DNA of 64,000 bases from Actinomycetota bacterium. GTDB taxonomy: Bacteria; Actinomycetota; Acidimicrobiia; IMCC26256; JAENVU01. Position numbers and translations under genes: made by a program. Location of the stretch: assembly GCA_016870395.1 (NCBI GenBank), contig VGBT01000004.1, positions 64,013 to 128,012 on the forward strand, in the 5' to 3' direction. Positions 44,737 to 54,355 of the stretch are shown one piece after another; the stretch's first letter is position 1, and each line of letters starts with the position of its first letter. The notes beneath the pieces were generated by a model. It was not told the DNA's origin. It saw only the letters and a list, made by a program, of their open reading frames with translations, and did no database searches.

Positions 44737-45324
44737 TCAGCTCCGGGTGACCCACTCCCGGCGGTCGGGGTCGTAGCGGCGGATGACCTGCGCCGGGTTG
44801 CCGACGGCCACGCTGAAGCTCGGGACCTCGCCGGTGACCACCGAACCCGCACCGATGACCACGTGCTCGCCGATGTCGGCCCCGGGCAGCACTATCGCGC
44901 CGTGGCCCAGCCACGACCCCGCACCGACCCGCACCGGCCGCGGCGCGGCGAACTGCTCGCCGATCGTGATCGAGACTTCCTCGTAGCCGTGGTTGGCGTC
45001 GGTGACGTACACGTGGTGCCCGGTGAAGACACCGTCACCGATCTCGACCGAGCGGTGGCCCACGATCCCGCTCCCCCGCCCGATGAGCACGTCGTCGCCG
45101 ATCGTGACGACCGGATCGGTGTCGGGCACATGGCCGGGCATCACCCCGGCCGACAAGGTGCAGTACGGGCCCACGATCACCCGGGCCCCGAGGCGGATGT
45201 AGCTCTCCCCGTACAACGCGACGGTTGGGAAACAGATCCCGCTACCCTCCCCGAACGCACCGAACCGGCGCGCGCGGCGCGACCGCGGCCCGATCGCGGC
45301 CTGCTTCGCGTACCACGACCACAT
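44737..45324 (-). CDS. Hexapeptide-repeat (LbH) acyltransferase
   Basis: Repeated [LIV]G-x-x-x-x-I hexads (IGDDVLIGRGSGIVG, VGAGSWLGHGAIVLPGADIGEHVVIGAGSVV). Start taken at MWSWYAK, because the upstream GTG lies inside repeat copy D. Confidence 0.8.
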   Translation of the reverse strand: MWSWYAKQAAIGPRSRRARRFGAFGEGSGICFPTVALYGESYIRLGARVIVGPYCTLSAGVMPGHVPDTDPVVTIGDDVLIGRGSGIVGHRSVEIGDGVFTGHHVYVTDANHGYEEVSITIGEQFAAPRPVRVGAGSWLGHGAIVLPGADIGEHVVIGAGSVVTGEVPSFSVAVGNPAQVIRRYDPDRREWVTRS

Positions 45325-45337
45325 GGCATTGAAGGCC

Positions 45338-45363
45338 CCTGAGCACCCGAGCACCGGGCGAGG
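45338..45363. repeat. Partial, degenerate copy D of the ~82-nt element core
   Basis: CCTGAGCACCcGAGCACCGGgCGAGG resembles the core CCTGAGCACCGGCCCGAGG with an internal GAGCACC duplication. No clear TIRs. Confidence 0.3.
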
Positions 45364-45404
45364 CTAGCGATCCGCGCCGGGGTTGCGTCGGCTGAGCCGC
45401 CGCG

Positions 45405-45737
45405 GTGAGGATTTGGCCCGTGCTGCGCCACTGTCTCGCCGTCCTCGTCGTCGCACTCGGTGCCGCCGTCGTCGTCTCCGCATGCAGCGGCGAGAGCCGA
45501 GCCGAAGTGGAGCAGGGCCGGAACATCTACTCCCAGCAGTGCGCGCGCTGCCACGGCGACGCCGGTCAGGGCGGGATCGGCGCGAGCCTCATCGGCGTGG
45601 CAAAGCGCTTCCAGGAGGCCTCGGCCCAGGAGCTGTTCGTGACCAACGGCGGTGCCGGCATGCCGAAGTTCGGCGAGATCCTCTCCGACGACGAGATCCG
45701 GGACGTCGTCGCCTTCACCCGCCACCAGTTCGGCTGA
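45405..45737 (+). CDS. Class I c-type cytochrome, probable lipoprotein
   Basis: Lipobox-like VVSAC, the heme motif CARCH and a distal GMPKF methionine ligand region. Confidence 0.8.
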   Translation: MRIWPVLRHCLAVLVVALGAAVVVSACSGESRAEVEQGRNIYSQQCARCHGDAGQGGIGASLIGVAKRFQEASAQELFVTNGGAGMPKFGEILSDDEIRDVVAFTRHQFG

Positions 45738-45748
45738 GCAGGCCCCCG

Positions 45749-46774
45749 ATGCGCATCGGGCTGTGCTTCGACTTCCCTCAGGCGGACGGCGGCGCCGGCT
45801 TCGAGGCCGCGCTCCGCCTCGGCCTCGACCAGGTTCCCGACGTGCCCGGCCCCGTTGAGATCCTGCGGGAGGTGGCACCCGGCCTCCCGCGCGGCTCCGT
45901 CGCCGAGCTCGTTGCCGGCTGGCGCGCCCTGTGCGATGCCGGGGTCGACCTCGTGGTCGGGCCGTCGATCTCCGACAACTGCGTCATCGCGCGGGACCTC
46001 GCCGACGAGGACCGTCTTCCGGCGGTGAACTACTCGGGCGGCGAGCGCACCCGCAGCGGGTGGATGTTCCACTACCAGATCGGGTCACTGGAGGAGGAGC
46101 CGCCCGTCCTGGTCCGCCGGCTCGTCGAGCGGGGACTTCGACGCGCCGCGGTGATCCACGACGCGTCGATCGTGGGCGACCGGTACTTCGAGTGCCTCAC
46201 CTGGGCCGCGGCGGCACAAGGCGTCGCTCTCACTGCCACGGTGGCGATCGATCCGACGGCCGACGATGTCCGCGACGCCGTCGCCACCCTGCGCATCTCG
46301 GAACCCGACGCGCTCGTGTACCTGGGTCTCGGGGCCGCCTCCCACGCCGTGGCGCTCGCGCTCGCCGACGCGGCCTGGGACGTCCCGGTGGTCGCGAACT
46401 CCGCGCTCATGTTCGGATACGCGCGACCTGACTGGCGCGACGCCTGGCGGGGCTGGGAGTACCTCGACACCCTGGCCGACGACAACCGGGTCCGCGCCGC
46501 GCTCGCCGCCCGCGACCGGCGGGCGGCGGCCGGCCCCATCGGCTGCGCCGCCTACGACCTGGGCCGGCTGGTGGGTGAAGCCGCAGCCCGAGCGGACCGC
46601 GTCGACCGCGCCGGCCTTCGCGACGGGCTCGAGCGGGTGAAACAGCTGCCCGCGGCATCGGGACGCGACGGGACCCTCATGGGGTTCGGGGTCTGGGACC
46701 ATGCGGCACTGAAGGGCGAATACCTCGTGCTGCGCGGGTGGCGCGACGGACACTCGGTGCAGGTCGGCGACTGA
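45749..46774 (+). CDS. Type-I periplasmic-binding-protein-fold protein with no recognisable signal peptide
   Basis: 341 aa. MRIGLCFDFPQADGG...VVGPSISDN...VNYSGGERT resembles LivJ/amide-binding PBPs. The N-terminus is not hydrophobic. Confidence 0.65.
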   Translation: MRIGLCFDFPQADGGAGFEAALRLGLDQVPDVPGPVEILREVAPGLPRGSVAELVAGWRALCDAGVDLVVGPSISDNCVIARDLADEDRLPAVNYSGGERTRSGWMFHYQIGSLEEEPPVLVRRLVERGLRRAAVIHDASIVGDRYFECLTWAAAAQGVALTATVAIDPTADDVRDAVATLRISEPDALVYLGLGAASHAVALALADAAWDVPVVANSALMFGYARPDWRDAWRGWEYLDTLADDNRVRAALAARDRRAAAGPIGCAAYDLGRLVGEAAARADRVDRAGLRDGLERVKQLPAASGRDGTLMGFGVWDHAALKGEYLVLRGWRDGHSVQVGD

Positions 46775-46793
46775 CCCGGCGAAGGGAGCCATC

Positions 46794-47924
46794 GTGGAAC
46801 GGGTACGTCTCGGCATCGGCAACATCGCGCACCTCAACGCGCGCGGCTACCTGGAGCACCCGCACTGCGACGTCGTGGCGCTGTGCGACAACCGCCGCGG
46901 TGAGGCCGAGCGGCGCGCCGCCGAGTGGGGCGTCCCGAAGGTCTACGACCGACTCGTTGACCTCCTGGCCGACGACGAGGTCGACGCGGTCGAGATCCTC
47001 ACCCCGACCGACCTCCACAGGCAGCACGTGCTCGCCGCGGTGGCGGCCGGCAAGCACGTGTCATGCCAGAAGCCGATCGCGAACACGGTGGCAGACGGGC
47101 GCGAGATCATCGCCGCGGCCGACGCCGCCGGGGTCGTGTTCCGGGTCACCGAGTGCTGCTTCCACTAACCCCCGCTCGTCAAGGCCCGCGACCTCGTACG
47201 CAGCGGCGCGATCGGCACGCCGACCATGGTGCGCGTCAAGACGCTCGTCGGAGACACCGACTCGGAGTTCCAGCGCAACCTCCAGCACGAGGGCTACCTC
47301 TGGCGATTCAACGACCGCAGCCCGGGCGGCCACCTCTTCGACGACATGGTCCACAAGTTCGCGGCGGCCTGGTGGCTGGTCGACACCGACGTGCGCAGCG
47401 TGCAGGCGGTCGTCCGCAACGCGCCGCTCTTCTTCGAGGCACCCACGGCGGCGATCTTCGAGTACGAGCGCGACGACCTCGTCGGCACGATGGAGGTCGC
47501 GCACGCACCGAAGATGCTGCTGCGCTCCCAGTACTACGGCGCCGACGAGTTCTTCGAGGTCCAGGGAACCGAGGGGCTCGTGTGGGTCACGCGCTGCACC
47601 GGCGAGATGCTCAATCTCCCGCCGGTCATGCTGTTCCGGGGCGACCGCGTCACCGAGTCGTTCGCCGACGTCGACGCCGACTGGGGCGCCGGGTTCGTCG
47701 GCTCCTCGCGCCACTTCGTCGACTGCCTGCTGTCAGGTGAGACCCCCGACATGACCGGCGAGCAGGCCGTCAAGACGCTGCAGCTCTGCTTCGCCACCTA
47801 CGAGGCGTCCAACACGCGTGCCCCGGCCCGCCCGGCGGACATCGAGACCTCGGTGTCGCCACCCTGGTGGCCCAAGTCGGGCGAGCAGCTGCTCCAGGAC
47901 GCCCAGCAACTCGGGATCGTCTGA
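46794..47924 (+). pseudogene. Gfo/Idh/MocA family oxidoreductase interrupted by an in-frame TAA
   Basis: ORFs 46794..47168 and 47226..47924 share one frame. RLGIGNIAHLNARGYL...EILTPTDLHRQHVLAAVAAGKHVSCQKP...ECCFH*PPLVKARDLVRSGAIGTP. The TAA is at 47166-47168, where family members usually have an aromatic residue (Tyr). Confidence 0.7.
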
Positions 47925-47966
47925 GCCCGCCGCCTCCACCCGCGCCTGCACCCTAGGCTCCGGGTT

Positions 47967-49142
47967 GTGCCGACCCTCGCCGACGTCGACCTCGTCGCCG
48001 ACCGCCTTCCCGGCCGGGAGCTCCACGACGTCCTCGCGACTGCGCGCGAGACCGACGGCCTGGCCCGCGTCTCGCTGCTAGGTGCCCCCGGGCTTGCCAT
48101 CACCCGTCATGCGGAGCTGAAGGCGTTCTTCGCCGACGACGCACAGTTCCCCGGCGGCGAGTCCTACCAGTTCATGGTCGAACCCGCGGTCGGCCGTACG
48201 TTCATCTCGATGGACGGCGACGAGCACGACGCGTACCGGCGCCTCGCCACCCCCGCGTTCCGCTCCCGGCGCGTGAGCACTTGGGTCGACGACGACCTGG
48301 TGCCGCTCGCGCACGAGATCGTCGACCGCTTCGCGGCACGCGGCGAGGCCGATCTTGTTGTCGAGCTCACGCAGGTGCTGCCACTCTGGGCGATCTCGCG
48401 CAAGCTCGGGCTGCCGATGGGCAGCGAGGAGCGCCAGCGGGTTTGGACCCGTGCCCTGCTCGCGCAGCCGGCCGACCCGGACGGCGCCGCTCGCGCCAGG
48501 GCCGAGGTGACTGCGTTCCTGGCACCGATCGTGACCGCGCGTCGCGACGCACCGGGCGACGACGTGCTCTCCCATCTCCTCGGCCACGAGCACGAAGGGT
48601 TGCGCATGACCGACGAGGAGGTGGTGAGCCACATCCGCCTTCTGTACGTCGTCGGCGCCGCGACCACCTCGGACGGGCTCTCCAGCCTCCTGTTCCATCT
48701 GCTCAGCCGGCCCGCGCTGCTCGACCGGGCGCGCCAGGAGCCGGACCTGCGACCGCGGGTCGTGGCCGAGTCGTTGCGCTACGACCCGCCCGTGTGCACG
48801 TTGCCGCGGCTCGCGCCCACCGGCGGCACGATCGGGTCGAGCGAGGTCGCGCCCGGCACCCTCGTGCTCTGCGCCATCGCGTCCGCGAACCGCGACCCGC
48901 GGGTCTTCCCCGACCCCGACCGCTTTGACCCCGATCGCGACCACACAGAGATGCTCACCTTCGGCTTCGGCCAGAAGTACTGCCCCGGCGCACACCTGGG
49001 GCGCTCCGAGATCGCGGCCGCGCTCGACGTCGTGCTCGAGCGACTCCCGAACCTGCGCCTGGTCGACGCGACCGAGCCGGCAGGAGCCATCATGCGCTCC
49101 GTCGACCGCCTCCAGGTCGCCTGGGACCCCATTCACCGCTGA
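47967..49142 (+). CDS. Cytochrome P450
   Basis: I-helix AATTSD, ESLRYDPP (ExxR) and the heme loop FGFGQKYCPGAHLG. Confidence 0.9.
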   Translation: MPTLADVDLVADRLPGRELHDVLATARETDGLARVSLLGAPGLAITRHAELKAFFADDAQFPGGESYQFMVEPAVGRTFISMDGDEHDAYRRLATPAFRSRRVSTWVDDDLVPLAHEIVDRFAARGEADLVVELTQVLPLWAISRKLGLPMGSEERQRVWTRALLAQPADPDGAARARAEVTAFLAPIVTARRDAPGDDVLSHLLGHEHEGLRMTDEEVVSHIRLLYVVGAATTSDGLSSLLFHLLSRPALLDRARQEPDLRPRVVAESLRYDPPVCTLPRLAPTGGTIGSSEVAPGTLVLCAIASANRDPRVFPDPDRFDPDRDHTEMLTFGFGQKYCPGAHLGRSEIAAALDVVLERLPNLRLVDATEPAGAIMRSVDRLQVAWDPIHR

Positions 49143-49834
49143 GCCGCCCCGACGTCTCGCGGGGCGGGCCCGAGCAGAGGTGAGCGGTGACCGAGCGACT
49201 GGCGTCGCGGCTGACCTCCTTGATGACCAGCGTCGCCTCGTTGTGGTCGGGTCGGTCCTCGACGGTGATGCGCGTCGGCCGGTCGGGCAGCGACGGCACC
49301 GCCAAGGCGAGCTCCCGCTCGATACCCGCGTTCGCGTGGATGCGCCCCACGATCTCCCGGTGCCCGGGCGGCACGTGTAGCGTCCGAGCCGGCAGCGGGT
49401 CGGTGAACATCCACAGCACGGCTACCGACTGGCGCCGGCCGGCCTCGTTTTCCTTGATGCCGGTGTATGCGACGCTCGACGGGATGTAGCCGAGGAGGAA
49501 CCCCGTCTCGTGCGCGCCGGTGGCGAGCGCGCCGGTGTGACTGTAGGGATGCGCGACCGTCGCCTCGGAGTACCACCCGAGAAGTCCGACGCCCTCCCCC
49601 ACTCGATCATCCGGGCTTTGAGGTCGAGAAACAGGTGATAACCCTGGAACCGCGGGTCGACGACGGCCGGACCTGACTCACCGACGCCAACAGCGGGATC
49701 GACGCGCACGACCGCGAGATGGCCGACGAGCGAACATCCGCGGCGAACCCGCCGACCGACTGCATCGTCGAGTCGCCGATGCGGCGCGCCACCTCGATCG
49801 CGTCGTAGCACCACGCGCAGTCGTAGGTGTCGCC
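49090..49834 (-). pseudogene. GNAT-type acetyltransferase remnant (N-terminally truncated, at least 2 frameshifts)
   Basis: GDTYDCAWCYDAIEVARRIGDSTMQSV is in frame 1. VGHLAVVRVDPAVGVGESGPAVVDPRFQGYHLFLDLKARMIEWG is in frame 2. EGVGLLGWYSEATVAHPYSHTGALATGAHETGFLLGYIP is in frame 3. The 3' end overlaps the P450 gene. Confidence 0.45.
49144..49167 (+). terminator. Hairpin immediately after the P450 stop
   Basis: ccgccccg-(8 nt)-cggggcgg, starting 2 nt after the TGA. There is no U-tract. Confidence 0.3.
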
Positions 49835-50257
49835 TTAGGAGCGACGGATCGCCGCGGCGCCACGGATGTGGTCGACCTGGCCACCGGACCCCGAGTACGG
49901 ATGCGGTCCGAGCGAGTCGGCGTCGACCTGGCCGGTTACGTCGACCTCCAGCACGCTGTTGATCGCCACGACGTCGGGGTTGCGCGCGATCGTAGACGGG
50001 TCGTTGACGATCTCCACTCCCGCCGACCACACGAGCGGGTTGTCGTGCACGAAGTCGTAGAGCCGCTGCGTGCCGAGCACGGACGCGCTCACCATCCGTC
50101 CCGGCCACACCATCTTGCGGCTGTCGTCGATCGCGCCTCACTCCCACAGGTCGACGAAGCCGTAGCCGAGCATCTCGGTGTGCACCCCGAGATGACGGTG
50201 GTCGCGCAGCGCGCCGGCGACCCCGCGTCGGCCTCGCGTTCGAGGCCGACGCGGTGC
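49835..50257 (-). pseudogene. Acetyl-CoA hydrolase/CoA-transferase family remnant (middle part only, in-frame TGA)
   Basis: LGVHTEMLGYGFVDLWE*GAIDDSRKMVWPGRMVSASVLGTQRLYDFVHDNPLVW...VAINSVLEVDVTGQVDADSLG...SGSGGQVDHIRGA, with the TGA at complement 50138-50140. The N-terminal ~200 aa and the C-terminus are missing. Confidence 0.55.
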
Positions 50258-50375
50258 TCAAACGGGTAACCGCGCTCGGCAACTGCTACGCCCCGAACCT
50301 CACCGTGACCCAGGAGCTCCCCGCCCTCGCGTAGCGTGCGCGTCGGACCCGCGTCGCGAGCGACTAGGAGGTGCC

Positions 50376-51197
50376 ATGGAGCTGGACGGGAAGGTCGCCC
50401 TGGTCACAGGCGCGAGCCGCGGGGTCGGCGCCGCGACCGCGGTCGCGCTCGGGGCGGCGGGCGCCAAGGTCGCCTGCGCGGCGCGCGCCACGGCTTCGGC
50501 GCCGTTGCCCTTGCCGGGAACCGTCGACGACACGGTGCGCATCGTCACCGAGGCCGGCGGGACGGCGATTGCGGTTCCCACCAACCTTGCCGCAGACGAA
50601 GAGGTGACGGCGATGGTCGCGACCACCGTCGAGCGGCTCGGACCCGTGGACATCCTGGTGAACAACGCGGCGATCACGTTCCCCGGCGACCTCGAGCTGT
50701 CGATGAGGCGCTTCGACCTGATCTTCGACGTCGACCTGCGCGCGCCCGTGATCGCGGCGAAGGCCGTCGTCCCGGGGATGCTCGAGCACGGCACGGGCGC
50801 GATCGTCAACGTCTCGTCGCTGGCGGCGCTCAACTACTTCCCCGGCCAGATGGCCTACGGCATGGCGAAAGCCGCGCTCGAGCACTTCACCGTGTCGCTC
50901 GCGGCGCAGCTCCGCCCGCACCGGATCCCCGTCAACACGTTCCGGATCGATGTCCCGGTGGCGTCGGAAGGCTTCCTCGCAGCGATGCCCGAATTCGACC
51001 ACTCCGACTGGGAGCCGCCGGAGGTGGCCGCCGAGGGGATCCTGTGGATGCTCGCCCAGCCCCCGGAGTACACCGGCCACAACGCGGGCATGGCCCGGCT
51101 GCGGGCCGACCACGGGATCATGGCGTCGCGGGCCGAGCGACCGCACCTGCAGGCCGGCGGGCTCGTGACCGAGTCGGCCATCGGCACCCTCACATGA
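50376..51197 (+). CDS. SDR family oxidoreductase
   Basis: Motifs VALVTGASRGVG, NNAA and YGMAKAA. RBS TAGGAGG. Confidence 0.85.
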   Translation: MELDGKVALVTGASRGVGAATAVALGAAGAKVACAARATASAPLPLPGTVDDTVRIVTEAGGTAIAVPTNLAADEEVTAMVATTVERLGPVDILVNNAAITFPGDLELSMRRFDLIFDVDLRAPVIAAKAVVPGMLEHGTGAIVNVSSLAALNYFPGQMAYGMAKAALEHFTVSLAAQLRPHRIPVNTFRIDVPVASEGFLAAMPEFDHSDWEPPEVAAEGILWMLAQPPEYTGHNAGMARLRADHGIMASRAERPHLQAGGLVTESAIGTLT

Positions 51198-51231
51198 CCC
51201 GCGTGTCACACCCGTCGGGTAGAACGGTCCG

Positions 51232-51900
51232 GTGACCGAGCCGACCCCGCCGCGCGACGCCCAGCGGTCCCGCGTGTACCGGGCCGAGACCCCGCTGCGC
51301 GGTCGCCGGCTCCCGGAGCTTGCGCACTGTGCGGGCTACGCGTGCGAGGTCGTCGGCTCACGCTGGTGGACCGATCGGTTCCCGGAGCACGGTCTCGACG
51401 CGGTGCCGACGTTGCGGCCCGGGTACGGCGCCCGGCACGCCTTCTACCGGGAGGATCCCGAGGGCCCGACGATCACACTTCCCCGGCGGTACCGCACCAC
51501 GAGCGTGCTGCTCCACGAGCTCGCGCACTGGGGACTGCGCGACGCACACGACCTGCCCAACCACGGTCGCACGTTCACCCGCCTGCTCCTCGACCTGTTC
51601 ACCGAGTTCGCGGGCGACGACCGTGGCGTCCGGCTCGCCGCGGGCTACGAGGAGCACCGGGTGCACGTCGGCCGTCGCGCTCGAATCGGGCCCGACGGGC
51701 GGTGGTGCTACGCGTGGGACGAGCGGCTCCGGCGCGGGCGTGACCGGGCGCTCGCCGTCGGCCACTCCCCCACGGCCGGTGGGGCGCTCGTCACCCGGGG
51801 GGTGCTCACTTCACGCGCCCACGCGACGGTGCACCTGCACTCACCGGAGGGCGACCACCGGATCCCCGAGCGGACCATCTGGTCGGTCACCCCCGCCTGA
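51232..51900 (+). CDS. Putative zinc metallohydrolase (TIGR04338-like) with a C-terminal extension
   Basis: SRVYRAE near the N-terminus and an HELAH metal motif. The family assignment is from memory of the model description. Confidence 0.55.
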   Translation: MTEPTPPRDAQRSRVYRAETPLRGRRLPELAHCAGYACEVVGSRWWTDRFPEHGLDAVPTLRPGYGARHAFYREDPEGPTITLPRRYRTTSVLLHELAHWGLRDAHDLPNHGRTFTRLLLDLFTEFAGDDRGVRLAAGYEEHRVHVGRRARIGPDGRWCYAWDERLRRGRDRALAVGHSPTAGGALVTRGVLTSRAHATVHLHSPEGDHRIPERTIWSVTPA

Positions 51901-51917
51901 TCGGAGCCCCTACAGGC

Positions 51918-51964
51918 TTTTGGCGTCACCAGACCGCGACTATCGCGGCCTGGTGACGCCAAAA
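51918..51964. repeat. 47-nt hairpin element, copy 2
   Basis: ttttggcgtcaccagaccgcga-cta-tcgcggcctggtgacgccaaaa, with 21 of 22 positions paired. It lies in a convergent intergenic region. Confidence 0.85.
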
Positions 51965-51979
51965 CACCGCTTCGGCTGG

Positions 51980-53194
51980 CTAGGCCAGACGCTCGACGAT
52001 CATCGCCATGCCCTGGCCGCCGCCCACACACATCGTCTCGAGGCCGACCATCGCGTCCGCGTCCTCGAGCCCGTTCAGCAGCGTGCCCATGATCCTCGCG
52101 CCCGTCATGCCGAACGGGTGACCAAGCGCGATCGCCCCGCCGTTCACGTTCAGCTTCTCCGGATCGACGCCGAGCGCCTTCGCCGACGGGAGCACCTGCG
52201 CGGCGAACGCCTCGTTGATCTCCACAAGGTCGACGTCGTCGATCGTCATCCCCGCACGCGCCAGCGCCTGGCGCGACGCCTCGATCGGACCGAGGCCCAT
52301 GATCTCCGGATTGAGCCCGGTCACGCCGCTCGACACGATCCGCGCCAGCGGCGTGATGCCGAGCTCCGCCGCCTTCGTGTCGCTCATCACCACGACTGCG
52401 GCCGCGCCATCGTTGAGCGGACACGCGTTGCCCGCGGTGACCAAGCCGTCGGGCCGGAACGCCGGGGCCAACGACGCGAGCTTCGCCGGCTCGGTACCTG
52501 GCCGCGGGCAGTCGTCGGCTGTGACGACCGTGCCGTCACCCGTCGTGTACGGCGTGATCTCGCGCTCGAAGAACCCACGCTCGATCGCCGCGCCGGCCCG
52601 CTGCTGGGAGCGGAACGCGTACTCGTCCATCTCCTCGCGGGTGACCCCTTCGAGCTCGGCCACGTTCTCGGCGGTCTCACCCATCGCGATGTACACGTCG
52701 GGCAGGCCTTCCGGCGCATTCCAGACGCCCTTTCCGCCCTCCATGCGGGCCGCCGAGCGCGCACCCCCGTCGGCGAACTTCGGGTTCTGGGTGTTGGGCG
52801 TGTGGTCGGAGCTCCCACCGACCATGAAACGGCTCACGGCCTCGACGCCCGCGGCCACGAACGCGTCGCCTTCCTCCGCCTTGATCGCATGCGCGGCCAT
52901 GCGGATCGACTGCAGCGACGACGAGCAGTACCGGGTGATCGTCGTGCCGGGCACATTCGGCATCCCGGCGAGGATCGCCACGACCCTTCCCATGTTGAAG
53001 CCCTGCTCACCACCCGGGAGGCCGCAGCCGAGCACGAGGTCGTCGATGGTCTGGCGATCGAGCTCGGGCACCTTGTTCAGGACCGTGTCGACGATGAAGG
53101 CGGCCATGTCGTCGGCGCGCTCATCGACGAAGCTGCCCTTGAACGCCCGGCCGATCGGCGTGCGGGCGGTGGCGACGATGACAGGCTCGGGCAT
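51980..53194 (-). CDS. Acetyl-CoA C-acyltransferase (thiolase)
   Basis: TARTPIGRAFKG, RYCSSSLQ (active Cys), NEAFA, GGAIALGHP and CVGGGQG. Confidence 0.92.
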   Translation of the reverse strand: MPEPVIVATARTPIGRAFKGSFVDERADDMAAFIVDTVLNKVPELDRQTIDDLVLGCGLPGGEQGFNMGRVVAILAGMPNVPGTTITRYCSSSLQSIRMAAHAIKAEEGDAFVAAGVEAVSRFMVGGSSDHTPNTQNPKFADGGARSAARMEGGKGVWNAPEGLPDVYIAMGETAENVAELEGVTREEMDEYAFRSQQRAGAAIERGFFEREITPYTTGDGTVVTADDCPRPGTEPAKLASLAPAFRPDGLVTAGNACPLNDGAAAVVVMSDTKAAELGITPLARIVSSGVTGLNPEIMGLGPIEASRQALARAGMTIDDVDLVEINEAFAAQVLPSAKALGVDPEKLNVNGGAIALGHPFGMTGARIMGTLLNGLEDADAMVGLETMCVGGGQGMAMIVERLA

Positions 53195-53257
53195 GACGAC
53201 TCCTCGGCGGTCTCGGCAGAACGGCCCGCAGACTACGCCGCGCCCGCACGCATTTCG

Positions 53258-53339
53258 CCGAGCGACCCGGACCGCCCCGGCTCGAGCCTGAGCACCGGTA
53301 AACCGGGACCGGCTCGGGACCGTCGTCGAGGTCGCTCAG
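53258..53339. repeat. ~82-nt intergenic element, copy C (TIR CCGAGCGAC...GTCGCTCAG)
   Basis: Contains CCGGAC and GGCTCGAGCCTGAGCACCGG. The right TIR contains the stop codon (TCA on plus) of the gamma-CA gene. Confidence 0.65.
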
Positions 53340-53857
53340 TCCACCCGCCGCAGCTCGGCGTGGTAGCGGGCGGCGTTGGCCACGTAGTTGCGGGCGTTCG
53401 GGCGGATGTGGCGGCCGGCGTCGACGGCATCGAGGCGCAGCTTCGCCGGCACGCCCAGGGCCATCGCCCCCGATGGCACCTCCATGTCGTTGGGCACCAG
53501 CGCCGCTGCCCCCACCAGGGCGCCCGCCCGCACGACGACCCGGTGCAGCACGATCGAGCCCGAGCCGATCAGCGCGTCGTCCTCGATGGTGCAGCACTCG
53601 ATGTGCACGAGGTGGCCGATCACGCAGTCGTCACCGATGACTGTCGGCAGCTCACGCGTGGCGTGGATCACGCTCCCGTCCTGGATCGACGTCCGTGCCC
53701 CCACGGTGATGGGCCCGTAGTCGGCACGCAGCACGGCCTGGGGCCAGACCGACGACTCCGGGCCGATCGTCACGTCGCCGATCACGGAGGCGTCCGGGTG
53801 GACGTACGCGGAGGGGTCGATTCGGGGCTCCACGGAGCCGAGTGCGTAGATCGCCAT
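53336..53857 (-). CDS. Gamma-carbonic-anhydrase-like hexapeptide protein (PaaY/YrdA family)
   Basis: 173 aa. IDPSAYVHPDASVIGDVTIGPESSVWPQAVLRAD...IGHLVHIECCTIEDDALIGSGSIV. Confidence 0.88.
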   Translation of the reverse strand: MAIYALGSVEPRIDPSAYVHPDASVIGDVTIGPESSVWPQAVLRADYGPITVGARTSIQDGSVIHATRELPTVIGDDCVIGHLVHIECCTIEDDALIGSGSIVLHRVVVRAGALVGAAALVPNDMEVPSGAMALGVPAKLRLDAVDAGRHIRPNARNYVANAARYHAELRRVD

Positions 53858-53881
53858 GGCGGGCCAGCCTACGAGTGCCGG

Positions 53882-54277
53882 TCAGCGCAGGAACGACCAC
53901 CAGATCGAGGCACCGACGGTGAGCGTAGTGACGACCCCGATCATCGCGATGGTCCGGGTCGGGATCCTGCCGTCGGCGTCCTGGGGCAGCCGCTTGCGCA
54001 CGAGGTTCACGGTCCGCTCGGCCCAGACGAAGTCCCGCGCCAGGATGCCGAGGCCCAGCGCAACGATCAGCCAGCCGGGCCCGGGCAACGGGATGGCCAC
54101 GATCCCCACCGCGAGCACCGCGAACCCGAGGGCCATGCGCGCCAGACGGACGAGGATGTAACGCTTCGCCTCCTCGATCGTCTCCTCGGTCACGCCGGTC
54201 TCGAGCTCGGCCTCGATCGCGGCCTCGAGGAGGTGCAAAGGGTGCGGCTGCTCGGGGTGCTCGGCCGGTTCGCTCAC
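53882..54277 (-). CDS. PGPGW-domain small membrane protein
   Basis: The AIPLPGPGWLIVALGLGILA motif and 3 TM segments. GTG start at 54277. Confidence 0.75.
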   Translation of the reverse strand: MSEPAEHPEQPHPLHLLEAAIEAELETGVTEETIEEAKRYILVRLARMALGFAVLAVGIVAIPLPGPGWLIVALGLGILARDFVWAERTVNLVRKRLPQDADGRIPTRTIAMIGVVTTLTVGASIWWSFLR

Positions 54278-54355
54278 CCGACCAGTCTGTCGCACCGGAG
54301 GCCGACCCGACAACGCCCACCGGGCCAGCCGCAGGGCTCGGGTAGCGTGGCCACC

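Noticed and set aside
47920-47966. CTGAGCC... immediately after the Gfo/Idh/MocA stop (and after the P450 stop at 49141) as further copies of the 82-nt element
   Set aside because: Only the 6-7 nt around the stop codon match. The CCGGAC and CCTGAGCACCGG blocks and the right terminal repeat are absent.
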